Assembly (NCBI GenBank): GCA_028711965.1
Contig: JAQTRD010000001.1
Coordinates: 1 to 25,384, forward strand
DNA: 25,384 nucleotides
Origin: Candidatus Colwellbacteria bacterium
Lineage (GTDB): Bacteria > Patescibacteriota > Minisyncoccia > UBA6257 > Colwellbacteraceae
Direction of reading: 5' to 3'
Shown: positions 23,546-25,384 of the stretch, piece after piece
Numbering within the stretch: the first letter of the stretch is position 1
Layout: every line of letters starts with the position of its first letter
Notes under the pieces: generated by a model
What the model was told of the DNA's origin: nothing
Database searches by the model: none
The model's input: only the letters and a program-made list of their open reading frames with translations
Made by a program: the position numbers and the translations under genes

Positions 23546-24061
23546 ATGAAAGCCGAAAAAATAAGCATTGATAATGCGAAGAAGGACAAACTATTCTATT
23601 TTGTCGCTAACGTTCTTATTTACCGCGAAAGCGACGGAAAGTGCTTGATCCTAAAACGCGATCCGCGAGAGAAGGTCCATCCGGGACGGTGGGGAACGCC
23701 TGGAGGAAAGTTGGAGTGGAACGACCTTGATATATCGAATCCCACAAGGATGAACGGCGATGTAATTGATTTTGAGAATGCTGTAGAGGGACTTCTTCGC
23801 CGTGAAGCGAAAGAAGAAGCGGGAGTGGAGATAGGCAACGACTTTAAATATATCAACAGCAATGCGTTCATCCGCCCCGACGAAACTCCAGTTGTTCTTA
23901 TCAAGCTCGCCGCCAAATACGTTAGCGGAGAAGTGATTCCGGAGCCGGGCGGCTTTACTGATTTTGCTTGGGTAGACGCAGAAGAAGTAAAAAATTACGA
24001 ATGTATTGACGGCGTTCCTGAAGAAGTCTCAAAAGCGATAAATCTTTTTAAAACAAATTAA
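23546..24061 (+). CDS. Nudix hydrolase with an insertion in the Nudix box
   Basis: PGGKLE...RREAKEEAGV, separated by an 18-residue insertion relative to GX5EX7REUXEEXGU. Confidence 0.88.
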   Translation: MKAEKISIDNAKKDKLFYFVANVLIYRESDGKCLILKRDPREKVHPGRWGTPGGKLEWNDLDISNPTRMNGDVIDFENAVEGLLRREAKEEAGVEIGNDFKYINSNAFIRPDETPVVLIKLAAKYVSGEVIPEPGGFTDFAWVDAEEVKNYECIDGVPEEVSKAINLFKTN

Positions 24062-24062
24062 A

Positions 24063-24545
24063 ATGGAAAGCCAATATCTCCACGAGGTAGCCATAACGGC
24101 CATAATAATTAAAGACGGTAAATATCTGATAACCCGCCGTTCTTCCAATAAAAAGCGTTTTCCCGGAAAATGGACTGTCCCCGGAGGAAAAATGGAAACA
24201 AACGACTATCTCGCTTTGCCTAAAGACACGGAGTTTTACTGGTACAACGTATTGGAGAGAACTTTAAAGAGGGAAGTAAAAGAAGAGGCGGGCTTGGATA
24301 TCGGAAACATAGAGTACATAACAAGTTTGGCGACCGTTCACGAAGACGGGGATCCCTCTCTTGTTATTTCCTGCGCCGCCGATTATTTAGGCGGAGAAGT
24401 TAAGCTTCAAGAAGGAGAGACCGATGATTTTGCGTGGGTTTCTCTTGAAGAATCCAAGAACTACGACTTACTCGACGGCATATATGAAGAGTTTGCAATG
24501 ACCGAGAAGAAAAGAAAGGGGGAAAAAAGCGAGTGGTCAAGATAA
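24063..24545 (+). CDS. Nudix hydrolase with an insertion in the Nudix box
   Basis: PGGKME...KREVKEEAGL, separated by a 14-residue insertion. Confidence 0.88.
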   Translation: MESQYLHEVAITAIIIKDGKYLITRRSSNKKRFPGKWTVPGGKMETNDYLALPKDTEFYWYNVLERTLKREVKEEAGLDIGNIEYITSLATVHEDGDPSLVISCAADYLGGEVKLQEGETDDFAWVSLEESKNYDLLDGIYEEFAMTEKKRKGEKSEWSR

Positions 24546-24556
24546 AATAATTTTTA

Positions 24557-24584
24557 AAAAACCGCTTGTCAAAAAGCGGTTTTT
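24557..24584. terminator. Bidirectional terminator after the Nudix pair
   Basis: AAAAACCGCTT/AAGCGGTTTTT stem; the loop region carries TTGTCA, a possible -35 for the next gene. Confidence 0.7.
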
Positions 24585-24640
24585 GTTGTATAAAGCAGCC
24601 AGACAGCCACAAGCTGATTTAAAAATAAGGAGGGGATTTT

Positions 24641-25372
24641 ATGAAACCGAGATTCTCTATTGGAACAATCGCCGTATTTCTTGTTCTTGCTCTGATTTTT
24701 TCTTGTTTTCCGCTATCCGCTTCAGCTGCGTCTGTAACGACAATTAACCAGACGGCAGCTCTGAGATCGATACCGGAATCAGGTATGATGTGCCTGACAT
24801 TCGATGACGGATACGGACCGACGAATATCAAGCGAGTCCTGGATTCGCTCCGTGAAGAGGGAATATGCTGCACATTTTTTGTGATTGGAAAATGCCTTAA
24901 ATCTTATCCAGATTTATGGAAGCAAGCGGTAGCGGACGGGCACGAGATTGCTTATCACAGTATGCGCCATTATTCGATGGGCCGATGGAGCAACAAGAAG
25001 ATACTTGCCGATATTGAAGCGTGGAACAAAGTCGCAAAAGAAGTCTTGGGAGAAGATTATGTAATTCCCAAGATCGCGAGGCTTCCTGGCGGATCGGGTC
25101 ATAGAAACAGCCGAATTCTAAAACTGTTCAATGGCCTTGGCTATACAGTGATTGGATGGAATGCTGATACTCTCACGGGAGTCAAGAAACCGAGAACCGC
25201 AAAAAAAGTGGCTTCATATGTATTGCGTCACGCCAAAGTGGGGACCATATGTCTTCAACACTTCAATAGCGTTGACAGCAAATCGGTATCCCTTTATCTC
25301 AAAAAGCTTAAAGAAAAAGGGATCCCTCTCGGTCGAATTTCGGACGCACTAGCGGCCGCAAATATTGGCTGA
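24641..25372 (+). CDS. Secreted polysaccharide deacetylase (CE4/NodB family)
   Basis: Signal peptide, LTFDDG, HEIAYHSMRH, RLPGG and CLQHF motifs; AAGGAGGGG RBS. Confidence 0.92.
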   Translation: MKPRFSIGTIAVFLVLALIFSCFPLSASAASVTTINQTAALRSIPESGMMCLTFDDGYGPTNIKRVLDSLREEGICCTFFVIGKCLKSYPDLWKQAVADGHEIAYHSMRHYSMGRWSNKKILADIEAWNKVAKEVLGEDYVIPKIARLPGGSGHRNSRILKLFNGLGYTVIGWNADTLTGVKKPRTAKKVASYVLRHAKVGTICLQHFNSVDSKSVSLYLKKLKEKGIPLGRISDALAAANIG

Positions 25373-25384
25373 ATCGTAAGAGGC

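Noticed and set aside
717-25352. Numerous antisense or alternate-frame ORFs in the track (e.g. 4527..5087, 7007..7675, 18485..18943, 19384..19782)
   Set aside because: They overlap well-supported genes, lack family motifs, and are best explained as shadow ORFs.
1-25384. CRISPR array, integrase, transposase or rRNA
   Set aside because: No regularly spaced direct repeats with unique spacers and no recognisable recombinase, transposase or rRNA sequence in the window.

Overview
A bacterial chromosomal window that looks like Patescibacteria/CPR, probably Parcubacteria. This is inferred from the gene set, the CPR-type hypothetical proteins and the SecA C-terminal insert; it was not tested by any search. 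The housekeeping backbone is tRNA-Gln(CTG), Fe/Mn SOD, patatin, uppP-fmt-def, an S41 protease, rplI, rpmA, pgk, a DHH phosphoesterase, RNase P RNA, an ArnT/PMT-type glycosyltransferase, murB, hpf and secA. Accessory genes are interleaved: three small membrane proteins in tandem, a Nudix/NDT/four-helix-bundle/ASCH cluster, a Cys-rich surface protein, a Com-like Zn-ribbon-PAS protein, two more Nudix genes and a polysaccharide deacetylase. The ORF track misses several short elements. The best lead is at the left edge: a 32-aa peptide with a strong RBS and three Cys-X3-Asp motifs (ranthipeptide/freyrasin-like RiPP precursor), directly behind a PqqD/RRE-like C-terminal fragment. Other unannotated elements are a promoter- and terminator-bounded ~95-nt RNA with a predicted kink-turn, a ~90-nt unit encoding a 22-aa basic peptide, two ~125-bp MITE-like elements with compensatory changes, GNNRA-pentaloop palindromes inside RNase P RNA, an orphan second SEC-C tail after secA, and a start-less (Cxx)5 repeat in frame after the pgk stop. 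All folds, alignments and family calls were made by eye.
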